From positions 2,790,001-2,854,000 of the forward strand of contig NC_043013.1 of assembly GCF_006345805.1 (NCBI RefSeq): a stretch of 64,000 bases of DNA. Reading direction: 5' to 3'. Origin of the DNA: Octopus sinensis (Eukaryota). A model generated the notes under the pieces. The model was not told the DNA's origin, did no database searches, and worked only from the letters and a program-made list of their open reading frames with translations. Position 1 is the first letter of the stretch, and each line of letters starts with the position of its first letter. A program made the position numbers and the translations under genes. Positions 13,334 through 26,443 of the stretch are shown here, one piece after another.

Positions 13334-13665
13334 TTATATATAGAAGGAGCTTCTACAGGACTAGTACTGTTTCATTCAAGAGAAATCTTCAGGAAGCTAT
13401 TTAAAACAAGTCAGTGGCTCCTTGGACCACTCCCCCAAGTATGATATTTTGCGCTATGCCTACCCCCAAAAAAGTCCCCCACCACCACTCCTTTAAACTG
13501 CCTAAATGTATAAATGCTAATACAATTCTTGTTAAAAGCTTCCTGAAGTTTCTCTTGAATGAAACAGTACTAGTCCTGTAGAAGCTCCTTCTATATAATA
13601 AATTAATTTTACTCTGCTATGTATTGAGTACCTTACTTACTGTGGTTAACCCCGGATCAACCCGG
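13334..13665. mobile_element. Penelope-like inverted-repeat element with hammerhead motifs
   Basis: Arms 13334-13398 and 13537-13600 are reverse complements, each carrying a hammerhead motif; sits in (TA)n. Confidence 0.75.
13348..13398 (-). ncRNA. Type I hammerhead ribozyme (canonical core)
   Basis: Minus strand: AGCTTC-CTGAAGA-tTTC tctt GAAt-GAAACAG tactagtc CTGTA-GAAGCT, with a 6-bp helix I and GUA cleavage triplet. Confidence 0.75.
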
Positions 13666-13671
13666 GACTAC

Positions 13672-13740
<69 letters not shown>

Positions 13741-13768
13741 TTATACATATATATATATATATATATAG

Positions 13769-13835
<67 letters not shown>

Positions 13836-14272
13836 CTATATATATATATATACATACAACTCAGTAATTATTGATGAACTTAATGTTAGCAACTCAGTAA
13901 CTATTTAAGCGATAATTTGGAAATGCTACGCGACCAGCTTAGACGCGCTCTACAAATACATAGAGTACGCGGAACAGTAAAAATATTGAAGTATATTCTA
14001 GAGTGTAGCACTTGTCCTTGTTGTGATTGCAACTTTGTTTCTTTGTTAGAAATCTGGTCCTGGAGGCAAGAAGATATTTTATAATTAAACACACACACAC
14101 AAACATACACACATACACATACATACATGCATACATACATGTATATATATACACACACACACACACATATATATATATACACATATATGTATATATATAT
14201 ATACATATATGTATATATATAAACATATATATAGATGTATATGTATTATACATATATATATATACACATATA

Positions 14273-14334
<62 letters not shown>

Positions 14335-14509
14335 CACACACACACACATATATATACATATATACACACAGACAACACACCACATACTATATATATATAG
14401 ATATACATATACACACACACAACACACACATATCTAGATATATATACAAATATATATACACACACAACATATATATATATTATTACATACACACCACACA
14501 CACTCACAC

Positions 14510-14589
<80 letters not shown>

Positions 14590-14995
14590 TATAGGTGATG
14601 GGGGAGGTGCAGTATATTGTTGTAACGTGTCTGCAAGTTTCGTTCCTTCTCACCTCCACCTCATTGGTGTCACTCCGACCGCTCCCTCGGGGGAAATTAA
14701 CTTCACCTCACATTTAACTCTATCTTCGATCTAACTAACACTACCGTTCCCTCCTTCCCTGCCACCCCTTTTGCTTTCATTTCTCTTCTTTATCTGTCTG
14801 TTCGTCTCATTTCAGCAATGGAGACATTTTGTGGTTAATATAGGAAAAATTGATGGCCGACAAAAAAATACCGGAATGTGTGTGTGTATGTATGTGGTCT
14901 GTGTACGAGATGTATGTGTGCGAGTATGTATGCAACTGTGTATTCGTGTTCGAGTGTGAGTAGGTGTTTGTGTGTGTATAGGTGATCGTGCGTGG

Positions 14996-15095
14996 NNNNN
15001 NNNNNNNNNNNNNNNNNNNNNNNNNNNNNNNNNNNNNNNNNNNNNNNNNNNNNNNNNNNNNNNNNNNNNNNNNNNNNNNNNNNNNNNNNNNNNNN
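14996..15095. other. Assembly gap (100 N)
   Basis: Run of exactly 100 n. Confidence 0.99.
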
Positions 15096-15220
15096 GGTTA
15101 ACCGATATGTCGAGAATAAAGGAATTTTGTTAAATCGTCGTTCAACTCCATTCTTTCATTTATATATATTATAGTATATATATATTATGTGTGTGTGTGT
15201 GTGTGTGTGTTTTGTGTGTG

Positions 15221-15279
<59 letters not shown>

Positions 15280-15577
15280 ACTGTATATCTATCTCTGTAT
15301 AAATATGTACATGTATGTATTGTATACATACACACTCACACACACACACACACACATATATATACATATATACGCACACACACATATTATACAAAGATAT
15401 ATACAAAGCAGAGTTCCATATATTTAATATAAAAAACCCTCATCCCATCCTTTTCCCGAAATGGTGTAAGGAGGATAGCTACCACTTTACAATGAAAAAT
15501 TGATATGTTAGACTAACTTTCCGTGGACGGCTCAGTGTGCAATAGAGCATAAAACAGTAATAAAGATGTATTCATAA

Positions 15578-15614
<37 letters not shown>

Positions 15615-15647
15615 TATGTATGCATATTATTTTATTGAATGTATGTA

Positions 15648-16806
15648 CAGCGTGCGATGAGTGAATTGTCGTCATTTTATAGTTTTAATTTCGCGCATGC
15701 GCATTGTTTTTTTTTGATTTTGTCGACTAAACAGTATAATAGGGTCAGTTGGGCACTGTCTGTGAGAAAAACAGCATGATGATGCAATTCACTCTGCCAG
15801 AAATTTGGAAACGACATGCTGCGTTGCTTGGCATCCGCGCCGGAAGCTCCAATACAAACATTTGGGAGTGTTTGGGTGTCAATCTGTGAGCAGCGCAGAG
15901 GATTAGAAAAGAGTTGGATGAGTTTAATGGTGATTACGAAGGTTCGGCAGCTCGGAAAACTCACTCTGATCATTCTGATAAGAAAAGAACTCCTGAATTT
16001 GTTGGTGGGATCCAGGCCCTGATTGACAACGATCTCTCCAAGACAATCGGGTCCGTTCGGTTCTCCTCATACAAGATGAGAAAGGGCCATGAAGAACAAG
16101 AGGAAAGAGCGTTCTACGAAGCTTTTGAACAAATTCAAGCAACTGCAGCAACCGAACATGTTTTGGGTTTTCTCAGACGAGAAACATTTCTGCCACGATC
16201 AGATGGTGAACACACGGAACAACCAACCGTTGGCTTGCAGTGTCCCCAAAACACGTATCGAGATTGATAAAAATTAAACATCCATTCAGCATCATAGTAT
16301 TTGGAGTGATCACTAATGATGGCGACGTTACACCTGCAACTTCCCACAGGGCCTCAGACTCAACACGGAGCCTACATCAAGTGCCTGGAAAGGTAGTGTG
16401 GTCCTGGGTCAAGAGGGTGGTTGCTGGAAGACAGGACTCTGCACCATGCCACACAAGCAGGAGTATCCAGCCATGGCTGTCAGACAATTTCTGCAACCAC
16501 ATCACCACATCACCCTTAACATCTGGCCACAACCTCCCTGATTATTATGTGTGGGGCGCAGTTAAGCGGGAGACCCACAAAACTCCTTGTAATACTAAAG
16601 ATGAACTGAAGGCAAGGATTATGGCAGCATTCACCAACTTGATCAAGGAGACCGTTCAGAAGACGTGCAGGTGATTCTGAAGTCGTCTGGAGGCTGTGGT
16701 TCAAGATATTTTCATGTAATTTTGGTAAATATATCTCTTAAAATGAGATCTCAGAGTTATTTTCATTTTTGCATAATCTAGACGACAATCCACCCACCGC
16801 ACCCTG
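15648..16806 (+). mobile_element. Tc1/mariner-superfamily transposon, maT/DD37D-like, decayed
   Basis: TA|CAGCGTGCGATGAGTGAATTGTCGTC ... GACGACAATCCACCCACCGCACCCTG|TA. Transposase motifs WVFSDEKHF, VFGVITNDG, QDSAPCHTSR, DYYVWG. Confidence 0.88.
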
Positions 16807-16958
16807 TATGTATGTATGTATGTATGTATGTATGTATGTATGTATGTATGTATGTATGTATATCTGTATGTATGCATGTATGTATGTATGTATGTATGTA
16901 TGTATGTATGTATGTATGTATGTATGTATGTGCGTGTGTGCGTATATATATATATATA

Positions 16959-16989
<31 letters not shown>

Positions 16990-16994
<5 letters not shown>

Positions 16995-17145
16995 GGAGTA
17001 AACACATAAATGTGAAGCAAGGTGGAAAAAGAGTACTCAAATACCAGAGGTAGAGTAATATGCTTTATTTAAAAGCAGCAGAAATTCAACAAAAGCTTTT
17101 ACTCGGCGTTTCACGTTCCCGTTCGACGGATAGTTAACAAAACTA
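16990..17145 (-). mobile_element. Penelope-like short repeat, decayed
   Basis: GTACTCAA...AGAGTAA resembles 13600-13640. Minus strand CCGTCGA-ACG ggaa CGT-GAAAC is a decayed hammerhead-like motif. Confidence 0.4.
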
Positions 17146-17682
17146 TATATCATATACACACACGTACACACATATACATAATTAGTGCAAAAAGAAAATA
17201 ATAAGAGTGGGACAAATCTTGCTAACGCTTGAAAAGAAGGAAAAATGCCAAGACGTTTCAATCACTAGAACTTCATTAGAAGAAAATATATGAGAAAAGG
17301 CAGTTGAAGGTTCAGTTCTTCGATCAACTGTATTACCTGCTTCTGAATTAACATACAAAGGATTAACCATTCCGTAGATACGTGTGCTCTTAACCCAATT
17401 CCCTGGTGAAATCTGTATGACAAAGTGTGTGACAAGGCTGTATCTTTGAGTCACAGGTACGATCTACCTGACGGGCTTCTGTAAAATTTCTGTTCACCAA
17501 ATTTCACTGTGGCTAAAGAAAATGACATCTGCTCAATATGCTATGAGGCAGGATCGAAAGTGAGACCTCACATTTGTGAAGTATTAAAGCAGTTAACAGA
17601 CGAAAACTCTTAAAGGTGGTGCCCTGTCATGACCGCCAACCAATATCAATATACTTATTATGCGTGTGAATGTGATACATTC

Positions 17683-17928
17683 TAATTAAACATCCAGTCA
17701 ACATCATGGTATTTGGAGTGATCACTAATGATGGCGACGTTACACCTCCATCTTCCCACAGGGCCTCAGACTCAGCACGGAGCCTACATCAAGTGCTTGG
17801 AAGAGGTAGTGTGGTCCTGGGTCAAGAGGGTGGTTGCTGGAAGACAGGACTCTGCACCATGCCACACAAGCAGGAGTACTCAGTCATGGCTGTCAGACAA
17901 TTTCTGCAACCACATCACCCTTAACATG
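17683..17928 (+). mobile_element. Internal fragment duplicating 16272-16521 of the maT-like transposon
   Basis: Highly similar sequence: MVFGVITNDGDV / QDSAPCHTSRSTQSWLSDNFCNHIT. Confidence 0.9.
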
Positions 17929-17953
17929 TAGTGCTGATAATGATCACGTGTTG

Positions 17954-18295
17954 CAGGGGTTCTTAACCATTTTTTTTATCTACGGATCCCTTTGATTACT
18001 ATTTTATTCTGGTGGACCCCTATTGACATTCAATGTTTATGAACTCGTTTTAGAAGAATTTCTTTGAAAATTTGTATTTTGTTTTCCAAACATTAACTTG
18101 TGTAGGTTGAACTATGTAACACGTTAAAGAAACCTGTTTCTTGCAACGAATACATCTAAACCAAAACGTTTTCATCGACAATTAACATACTACTGTGTGT
18201 ACCCAATTTGCTATTTTTCTGGCATGGACTCTCCCTCCCCCTAAAGTCTTATGTGGACCCTCGGGGATTATATGGACCTTAGTTGAGAACCACTG
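17954..18295. mobile_element. hAT (Charlie-type) MITE
   Basis: TIRs CAGGGGTTCTTAAC / GTTGAGAACCACTG and subterminal GGACCC motifs; TSD not conserved. Confidence 0.7.
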
Positions 18296-18729
18296 GGTTA
18301 GAGCATCAACTTCGACTTCTCCACTAACGTCATCACTGCTAGTGAACCGTCCGTTCTCACCACCATAACTGCTATCATTACCACCACCAAAAATACGCTG
18401 CCAAACAAATGTCATGACCCGTTTACTCTCTGCCGCTGCTAGGATTGGGAAAAGAGACGGCTCACTGTAACTACCATCACCATCATCATCACTACCATCA
18501 CCGCCAATATTTCCCGCCACCACCACCATCAGTAACAATACATACCACCACCACCAACAACAACAACAGCAGTAATAATAATGACGACGTCAGCATTTCT
18601 CGAGCTTTGTTTTCCTCTTATTTTCATAGATTTCCAATAGAAACTATTGGAGAAAAACGTAGAGTCGAGGAACGGTGGATACGGTCACGACAAAGAAGAC
18701 TACAGAAATGAAGGGAACGAGGGTGAATA

Positions 18730-19458
18730 AGGGTGTGAGTGAGTGAGTGAGTGAAGGAGCAAATGAGTGAGTCAGGGAGTGAGTGAGTGGATGAGTGAAT
18801 GAGCAAATGAGTGAGAGAGCGAATGAGTGAGAGAGTGAGCAAACGTGTGAATCAGTGTGTTCGTGAGTGAATGGGTGAGTGAGTGAATGAGGCGAGTGAA
18901 TGAGTAAGTGAGTAAATGTGTGAGTGAACAAATAATTGGGAAAGTGAGTAAATGATTGAGTGAGTGAGTGAGTGAGTGAATGAGTGAGCGAGTGACGAAC
19001 GAATGAACGAGTGAAACTGTGAGTGAGTATGTGAGCGAGCGAATGAGCAAATGAATGAGTGGGTGAGTGGGAGAGTGAATGAGTGAGCGAACGAGTGAGC
19101 AAATGACTGAATGAGTGAGTGAGTGACTGAATAAGTGGGTGAGTCGGTGACTGAGTGAATGAGTGATTAAGTGTGTGAGCGAGCGAATGTGCATATGAGT
19201 GAGTGAATGAACGAGCGAACGAGTGAGAAAGTAAGTGAATAAATGAGTGAGTGAGCAAATGAGTGAATGAGTGGGTGAGTGAGTGAGTGATCGAACTAGG
19301 AAGAGAGTGAATGAATGAATGAGCGAGTGAGTAAGTGAGTGAGTGAAAGAGTGAGTGAGTGAGTGAGTGAGTGAGTGAGTGAGTGAGTGAGTGAGTAAGT
19401 GAGTGAAAGAGTGAGTGAGTGAATGAGCGAGTGAGTGAGTGAGCAAATGAGTGAGTGA
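18730..19458. repeat. Degenerate (GAGT/GAAT)n tetranucleotide array
   Basis: Directly visible. Confidence 0.95.
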
Positions 19459-19599
19459 CCAGTTGCAGTGATTATTCAGAAAACTAAAGAGAAACGAGGA
19501 ATTGCCATGTATTGCTTTAACTCACACGAAAACCTCTTGATGGAGTTCTTCATGACAACTTGTGATGAGAGAAGGCAGAAATGGAATTTATCTTAATTT

Positions 19600-19838
19600 T
19601 TCTTTTATCTTTTACTTCTTCTAGTCATTAGACTGCGGCCATGGTGGGGCACCGCCTTGAAGAACTTTTAGTCGAATGTATCGGCCCCAATACTTATTCT
19701 ATCGGCCTCTTTCGCCGAAACGCTAAGTTACAGGAACGTAAGCACACCAGCTCCGGTTGTCAAGCGCTGGTGGGGGACAAAGACAGATACGAATTTACAC
19801 ACATACACACACACGCGCGCGCATGCATATATATATAT

Positions 19839-19904
<66 letters not shown>

Positions 19905-20078
19905 TGTATGTATTCGACAGGCTTCTTTCAGTTTCCGTCTACCGAATCCACTCACAAGACTTTCATAGGCCCGAGGCTATAGTAGAAGACACTTGCCCAA
20001 GGTGCCACGTAGTGGAACTAAATCCTGCACCATATGATCGGAAAACAAACATCTTACTACACAGTAGCACCAGCACCT
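19600..20078 (-). mobile_element. SINE family 1, full length
   Basis: TTTTACTTC..AGTCATTAGACTGCGGCCATG...GGCTTCTTTCAGTTTCCGTCTACC...ACTTGCCCAAGGTGCCACG. Confidence 0.9.
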
Positions 20079-20089
20079 AAAATTCCCTT

Positions 20090-20500
20090 TTATTCTCAGT
20101 AAATGGTAACTGCCAAAACTAATGTGGCTTTTATTGAATGGTTCGAGATTAAGTGGATGCACGACAATGATGTAGCTTTTCTTTCCTGCTTAACATCTAT
20201 GCATTAAGTGTAATGAAGGGAGCTCTAGATTTTGAGTCTACAATTCAAATTGATGGAAGAACGGGGACCAATCTTAGATATGCCAACGATAGTCTCCTTG
20301 TTAATGGTGAGTGAGAAGAATTGATGATTTGAAGAATGTAAAAGAAAATGTGAAGTGTATGGTTTATTCATTAATTTTGACAAAACCCAATCGATGATTA
20401 CTCCAGGAGCATGTAATCAAGATAATCCTTCGATAATTGATAATTAACCTGTCACAGTTTCGTATGAATTTTGCTATCTTTGAAGTATTAAAGGAAAAGA
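20090..20500 (+). pseudogene. Decayed RTE-clade reverse transcriptase fragment
   Basis: LLNIYA..VMKGALD..IQIDGRTGTNLRYANDSLL (NLRYADD motif) ..YGLFINFDKTQSM..EFCYL. Confidence 0.7.
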
Positions 20501-20799
20501 AGAACCATGTTAAAAACAAAATCTCATTGCTTTTCAAACCGTATCTGAAGGACTAAATTCAAAGATTTTTAAAAAGTCAAAATTGTTGCCTGCACACATT
20601 GGTATGTTCAATCGTACGCATGGATCTTTAAGAAAACTGAAAAAGAAATAAAAGTTTGCAAGGTTGGTGTAATAGAATAATGATAATAATCGTCTCCTTG
20701 ATCCTAGAGTCTCTAGACGAAGCGAGCGGCTCAAGAAAGTGGAATTTTCACTGTTTCTTCATTTGAAGGAATGCATGTTCTGCATAAATCATTTCTTGG

Positions 20800-21790
20800 A
20801 ATTATCGGAAACGACGGATCGTCTTCCTTTTTACTTAATAGGAGTCACCGTGAAACAGAAGTGACTTTGTAGCGTTCATAATGAGTCTGATGTCAAAGTT
20901 GCTGACTCTAGTAAAATATTTATCTGACTCTAAGTTATCTTGATATTGTTTTCAAATCTTGGCACAAGGCCATCAATTTTGTGGGAGGGGCTAAGTTGAT
21001 TACATCAGCCCCAGTAATCAAATGGGATTTATTTTATCCTCACTAAAACGATGAAAGGCAAAGTCGACCTGTAAAGACAGCCGAAATGCCGCTAAGCATT
21101 TTACCCGGCGCAACAGCGATTCTGCTAGCTCGCCATCTTAAGTTATTTTGATATTGAAATCCAATATATTAAACTGTGCGAATTTGCAGGATACCACGAA
21201 ACCAGTTGATTATAGAGGTACCGCAATCCGATTGGATCATTCCTGTATACTTTCTGTTATCAGAGTTAATACGTCGAGAATACGTTTACTTACAATGCCT
21301 ACCTTGCTCACTACTAGTGGATATAGGATAAGAAAGGAAGCTGGGCTTGTGGTCCTTAAGCATGATATAAGGGCTGCGAGGTGAGGTGGTCTACACGATC
21401 TTCCATCTTTAGGACAGAACCTAACTACTTCGTTCCTGTGTTTGTATCATTGTATGATGAAATGTAAGCTTTCTTGTATGATTTGATGATGGTGCTTGAG
21501 AGAAACCTTTTGGGTGGGGTGTTTCCTTCGTGTAAGTTTTCTGATTGGTCAAAGGGAGTGAGTATGTTACAGAATAGGTCAAAGGGTGACGGATTAAAGA
21601 GATTTGGAAGAGGTTAGAACGATGCCGAAATTTTTATTTAGAAGCATCCATTAGTCTCGCGAGACAATGGATCTGCACCCAGAAAGTCTTATTGGCGGAG
21701 CAGCGTCAGCTGTTGCTATAGAGACCGTCTTATTATGAGTGACAATCCTGATTGCAGACACATTGGAAGGCACTCATTGCCAAGCTTGTT
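20800..21790 (-). pseudogene. Penelope-like element reverse transcriptase, decayed, interrupted by a SINE
   Basis: Minus strand: MEDRVDHL / YIMLKDHKPSF / SKVGIVSKRILD / IINWFRGI / DIRLIMNATKSLLFHGDSY*VKRK. This matches the LKDHK..., I.IISK.ILD, WF and KSLLF...WVKK signatures of PLE RTs. Confidence 0.72.
20949..21139 (-). mobile_element. SINE family 2a with 18-bp TSD
   Basis: Flanks TAAGTTATCTTGATATTG / TAAGTTATTTTGATATTG. Confidence 0.88.
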
Positions 21791-22027
21791 CTAGTGCTGT
21801 TTTTCCGCTGGTATGTATGTATGTATGTATGCATGTATGTATGTATGTATGTATGTATGTATGTATGTATGTATGTATGTATGTATGTATCTATCTATCT
21901 ATCTATCTATCTATTTATTTTTTTCTTTTGTCCCTTTTCCCTTTCTTTTTTTTCTTTTTCCTTTTATTCTTTTTATTTTTATTCTATTTATTTATTTATT
22001 TTTTATTTTTTTTTGTTGTTGTTCTTT

Positions 22028-22153
22028 TCTTCCCTTTTACGATCCCTCTTGATCGAAAACCTACGCCCCCCCTTTTTTTCATCCCCCAAAAGAAAAGCTC
22101 TACCTTGTAACTTGTCCCATCTGTGTGCAGCCCTGTGTGGCCAATAAAGAAAC
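22028..22153 (+). mobile_element. 3' end of a non-LTR element inserted in (TATC)n, second copy
   Basis: Matches 7305-7445; (TATC)n upstream and downstream. Confidence 0.7.
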
Positions 22154-22200
22154 TTATCTATTTATTTATCTATCTGTCTGTCTGTCTGTCTGTCTATCTG

Positions 22201-22284
<84 letters not shown>

Positions 22285-22292
22285 CCTATCTA

Positions 22293-22392
<100 letters not shown>

Positions 22393-22423
22393 CCTATCTA
22401 TCTATTTATTTCTCTCTCTCTCT

Positions 22424-22454
<31 letters not shown>

Positions 22455-22772
22455 GGTAAACAGTAAAATTAATTACAGACATGGACAAGAACATGAAACA
22501 CCACAGAGACGACACAAGAACCACAGGACGGGACATTCGAAGCCCTCAGTCATCAGTCAAGAACCAGATCATCTTAGCAATTTCGGCTGATTAATCTTGA
22601 GATTGCTCCGATATGGCCAGCCCGCCAAGGGAAATCTAAGCCAAGCGCATTAGATCCCCTGGAAGAAAGCTTCGAATGTATACAACGAAAGGACGGAAAA
22701 CGATCGAAGTACACAAACAAAAATACAGAATACGTGACACCAATAAGAATACAAAAACGTAAAAACAATAAC

Positions 22773-22780
<8 letters not shown>
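22455..22780 (-). mobile_element. Penelope-like short repeat
   Basis: Related to 11255-11475; minus strand has CCGAAAT...GACTGATGA; flanked by (TA)n. Confidence 0.5.
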
Positions 22781-22820
<40 letters not shown>

Positions 22821-22917
22821 TGTGTGTGTGTGTGTTTATGTGTAAATGTGTATATGTATATATATATAAATATATATATATATACCCCTATCTTTAAAGT
22901 TCATATTCACACACACA

Positions 22918-22956
<39 letters not shown>

Positions 22957-23649
22957 TATTAATACACTCTCGTGCACACACATATTTAGAGGCGTGGAAA
23001 TGGATACAACCGGTTGGCTGTTGTGTTTCTGCCAGTCCGTGTCTTGTCTTCTGCTCGTCCATGAATAGCGAATACTATGCGTGCGCTTTTTTTGTCTCTC
23101 CTTCCCCAACCACAAGGATCATCATTGCGACCGACATCGCCGTCCTGAGCACTACCGTCATCATCGTCGTCATCGTCATCATCATCATCATCATCATCAC
23201 TGTTGCGATCCCTATAGCCCACTACTAAATATCAGCACCACACCCAACATCATGTCGCCCCTACTCCTACAACCACCACTTTCCTTCAACAACTCCCACC
23301 AATAACAACAACAACAGCAACAACAACAGCAAACAGCCCGTCACCTATCATCTCCACCGTGGTCTTTAACAACTTAGATATGGCTCAAACGACGTGTGAC
23401 CTAGCATTTAGCTGCACTGACAGTTATTGTCGTTCCCTTTTAAGCTGTTCTTAATCTCCATTGTTGCCAATCATGCCTCCAGTGGCCCCACACTCTCTTT
23501 TTCTCTCCCTTATTTCCCACTGTCCAGCCTGAACTTCTCGCTTAGGCCCCCGTCTTGCATGTGCACAGCCAGACGCCTTGAAAAGGATAGATGTCTCTTC
23601 AATGTAGCAATTGCTACGGACTTGGTAGCTTTTGTTTTTACAAGTAAAC

Positions 23650-23752
23650 ATGTATGTATGTATGTATGTATGTATGTATGTATGTATGTATGTAGGTAGG
23701 TAGGTATATATGTATGTATGTATGCATGTATGTATATATGTAGGTAGGTAGG

Positions 23753-23786
<34 letters not shown>

Positions 23787-23972
23787 TGTATGTATGTATG
23801 CATGCATGTATGTATGCATGCATGCACGTATGTATGTGTGTATGTATGTATGTATGTATGTATGTATGTATGTATGTATGTATGTATTTATGTATGTATG
23901 TATGTATGTAGGTAGGTAGGTAGGTATATATGTATGTATGTATGCATGTATGTATATATGTAGGTAGGTAGG

Positions 23973-24006
<34 letters not shown>

Positions 24007-24115
24007 TGTATGTATGTATGTATGCATGCATGCATGCATGCATGTATGTATGTATGTATGTATGTATGTATGTATGTATGTAGGTAGGTAGGTAGGTAGG
24101 TATGCATGTATGTAT
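23650..24115. repeat. (TATG)n/(TAGG)n/(CATG)n compound array with higher-order duplication
   Basis: Directly visible; a block of about 44 bp (GTAGGTAGGTAGGTATATATGTATGTATGTATGCATGTATGTAT) recurs. Confidence 0.92.
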
Positions 24116-24121
24116 AAATCT

Positions 24122-24400
24122 TTTATGTTTTACATGTTTCAATCATTAGACTGCGGCCATGCTGGGGCACCACCTCGAAGAATTGTAATCCAATAAATCA
24201 ACCACAACATATTTTTTTCCTTTTTAAAGCTAGGTACTGTCCTTTCGGTCTCTTTTGCCGAACTGCTGTTACGGGGATGTCAACACACCTACACCGGTTG
24301 TCATGCAGTGATAGGAGTAACCAAAGACAAATATATACACACACACGCGGTACGCGCGTATACACACACACGCACACACACACAGACACATACACACACA
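24122..24400 (-). mobile_element. SINE family 1, 3' half
   Basis: TCATTAGACTGCGGCCATGCTGGGGCACC...TTTTGCCGAAC. Confidence 0.82.
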
Positions 24401-24525
24401 CATAAGATTAACTTACTTGGAAATGGATGCGTGGCGTTCAATCATATAATAATATAAATAATATATATATTGCATTCGCAACTAAGTTTCCGCCGTTTTT
24501 TTTATTTTAAATTTTTTAAAAGGTT

Positions 24526-24940
24526 TACTCTTTTTCTCTTTTACTTGTTTCAGTCATTTGACTGCGGCCATACTGGAGCACCGCCTTTACTCGAGCAAAT
24601 CGACCCCCAGACTTATTCTTTGTAAGCCTAGTACTTATTCTATCGGCCTCTTCTGCCGAACCGCTAAGTTACGGGGACGTAAACACACCACCATCGGTTA
24701 TCAAGCGATGTTGGGGGAGGGGAAAACATAGACGCACAAACATACACACACATATATACATATACATATATACGACGGGTTTCTTTTCAGTTTCCGTCTA
24801 CCAAATCCACTCACAAGGCTTTGGTCGGTCCGAGGCTATAGTAGAAGACACTTGCCCAAGGTGCGACGCAGTAGGACTGAACCCGGAACCATGAGGCTGG
24901 TAAGCAAGCTACTTACCACACAGTCGCTCCAGCGCCTATA
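24526..24940 (-). mobile_element. SINE family 1, full length, nested in the mariner 3' UTR
   Basis: All family motifs present; lies between the transposase stop and the TIR. Confidence 0.92.
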
Positions 24941-24960
24941 TAATAAAAAATAACAACTAA

Positions 24961-26004
24961 TTAATCAATAATGTATTCACCTTTGTTGTTTACAACTCCT
25001 TCCCAACGTTCAACAAGATTTTCAATACCTCGTTGGTAGAAATCACCTGATTTCGACTCGAAAAATTGATCCAACCAAGCTCTCAATTCTGCATCAGTAT
25101 TGAACGAAACTCCGCACATAGCATTTGAAAGAGATCGAAAGAGGTGGAAATCCATTGGTGCCAAATCAGGAGAGTACGGCGGGGGTGGCAGCATTTACCA
25201 GCCATGCGTTTGAATGGCTTCCTTGGTCATATTGGCAATATGAAGGCGAGCGTTGTCATGCAGAAGAACTCCACGTTGCCGATTAGGTCTTTTCTCGTGA
25301 ATAGCTTTGTTGAGTCGTTCATCTGTTGAACATAGAGTTCCGCGTTGGCCGTTTGGTTCCGTTGAAGCAATTCGTAATGGATAATCCCTTCCTAGTCCCA
25401 CCATGCAAACAACATCGTTTTACGCGGATGAAGATCTTGTTTCACGCGCGGTGTCGCTTGTTTACCGGGGCTAAGCCATTCCTTACGCTGCTTCATATTG
25501 ATGTACAGGCACCATTCTTCGTCTCCTGTAACGATTCGGTAAAGAAATCGTTGCTTGTGTCCATGAGTTGAGCAGTGACGAGCAAGCAAACCAGCGGAGA
25601 TTGTGGCTCGTTGATTTTTGTTGTTGTCACTTAAAGCATGTGGAACCCATGCTCCATACTTCTGAACCTTTCCCATCGAGTGAATATGCTTCTCTATAGC
25701 AGTGTGGGAGCATTCCATTTTCTCTGCCAGTTCCCTTGTCGTTTGACGAAAATTTTCGTGCAAAAGTTGGTTTAATTGCTCTTCATCGAACTCAACTGGA
25801 CAGCCAGAACGAGGTGCGTCTTTGAGGCGAAAAATTTCCATTATCAAACTTGGCATACCAATCACGAGCGGTTCTTTCAGCTATGGTACCCTCTCCATAG
25901 ACAGCACAAATGTCATGAGCAGCTCTTGCAGCCTTAGAACCTTGATTAAAAACAAAAATAAGAAGGTGTCGAAAATGCTCGTTATTCTTAACTTGACAAT
26001 CCAT
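24961..26004 (-). pseudogene. mariner transposase pseudogene
   Basis: MDCQVKNNEHFRHLL..., WVPHAL, IVTGDEEW, LLHDNARLH, PPYSPDLAPMDFHLF, split over several frames. Confidence 0.93.
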
Positions 26005-26123
26005 TTTAATGATCTGAAAATGAACAAAAATTAACTAAAATTAATAAGAAAAAAAAAGATTCCAAAATGTAAAAATGCAATAAATTCCAAACTTAAAAAA
26101 AAACGGCGGGGACTTAGTTGCCA

Positions 26124-26167
<44 letters not shown>

Positions 26168-26443
26168 TATATATATATATATATAATATATAAATATATA
26201 TATAGTGTATATATATATGTACGTATATGTACACATACAAACATGCATACATACATATATGTACGTACTTACATATATATGTATATACATATGCATATAT
26301 GTGTACAGGACGTCACAAAACGTAAACAACATGAAGCACGAAATACGAAAACATGTTGTTTACGTTTTATGACGTCCTGTACCCATATATGCATATGTAT
26401 ATACATATATATGTAAGTACGTACATATATGTATGTATGCGTA

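Larger units (their letters stand above)
24470..26129 (-). mobile_element. mariner transposon (DD34D), full length but frameshifted
   Basis: TIRs TTGCATTCGCAACTAAGTTTCCGCCG / CGGCGGGGACTTAGTTGCCAACCC, in (TA)n. Confidence 0.93.

Noticed and set aside
14600-14780. Possible GIY-YIG C-terminal remnant
   Set aside because: Similarity too weak to support.
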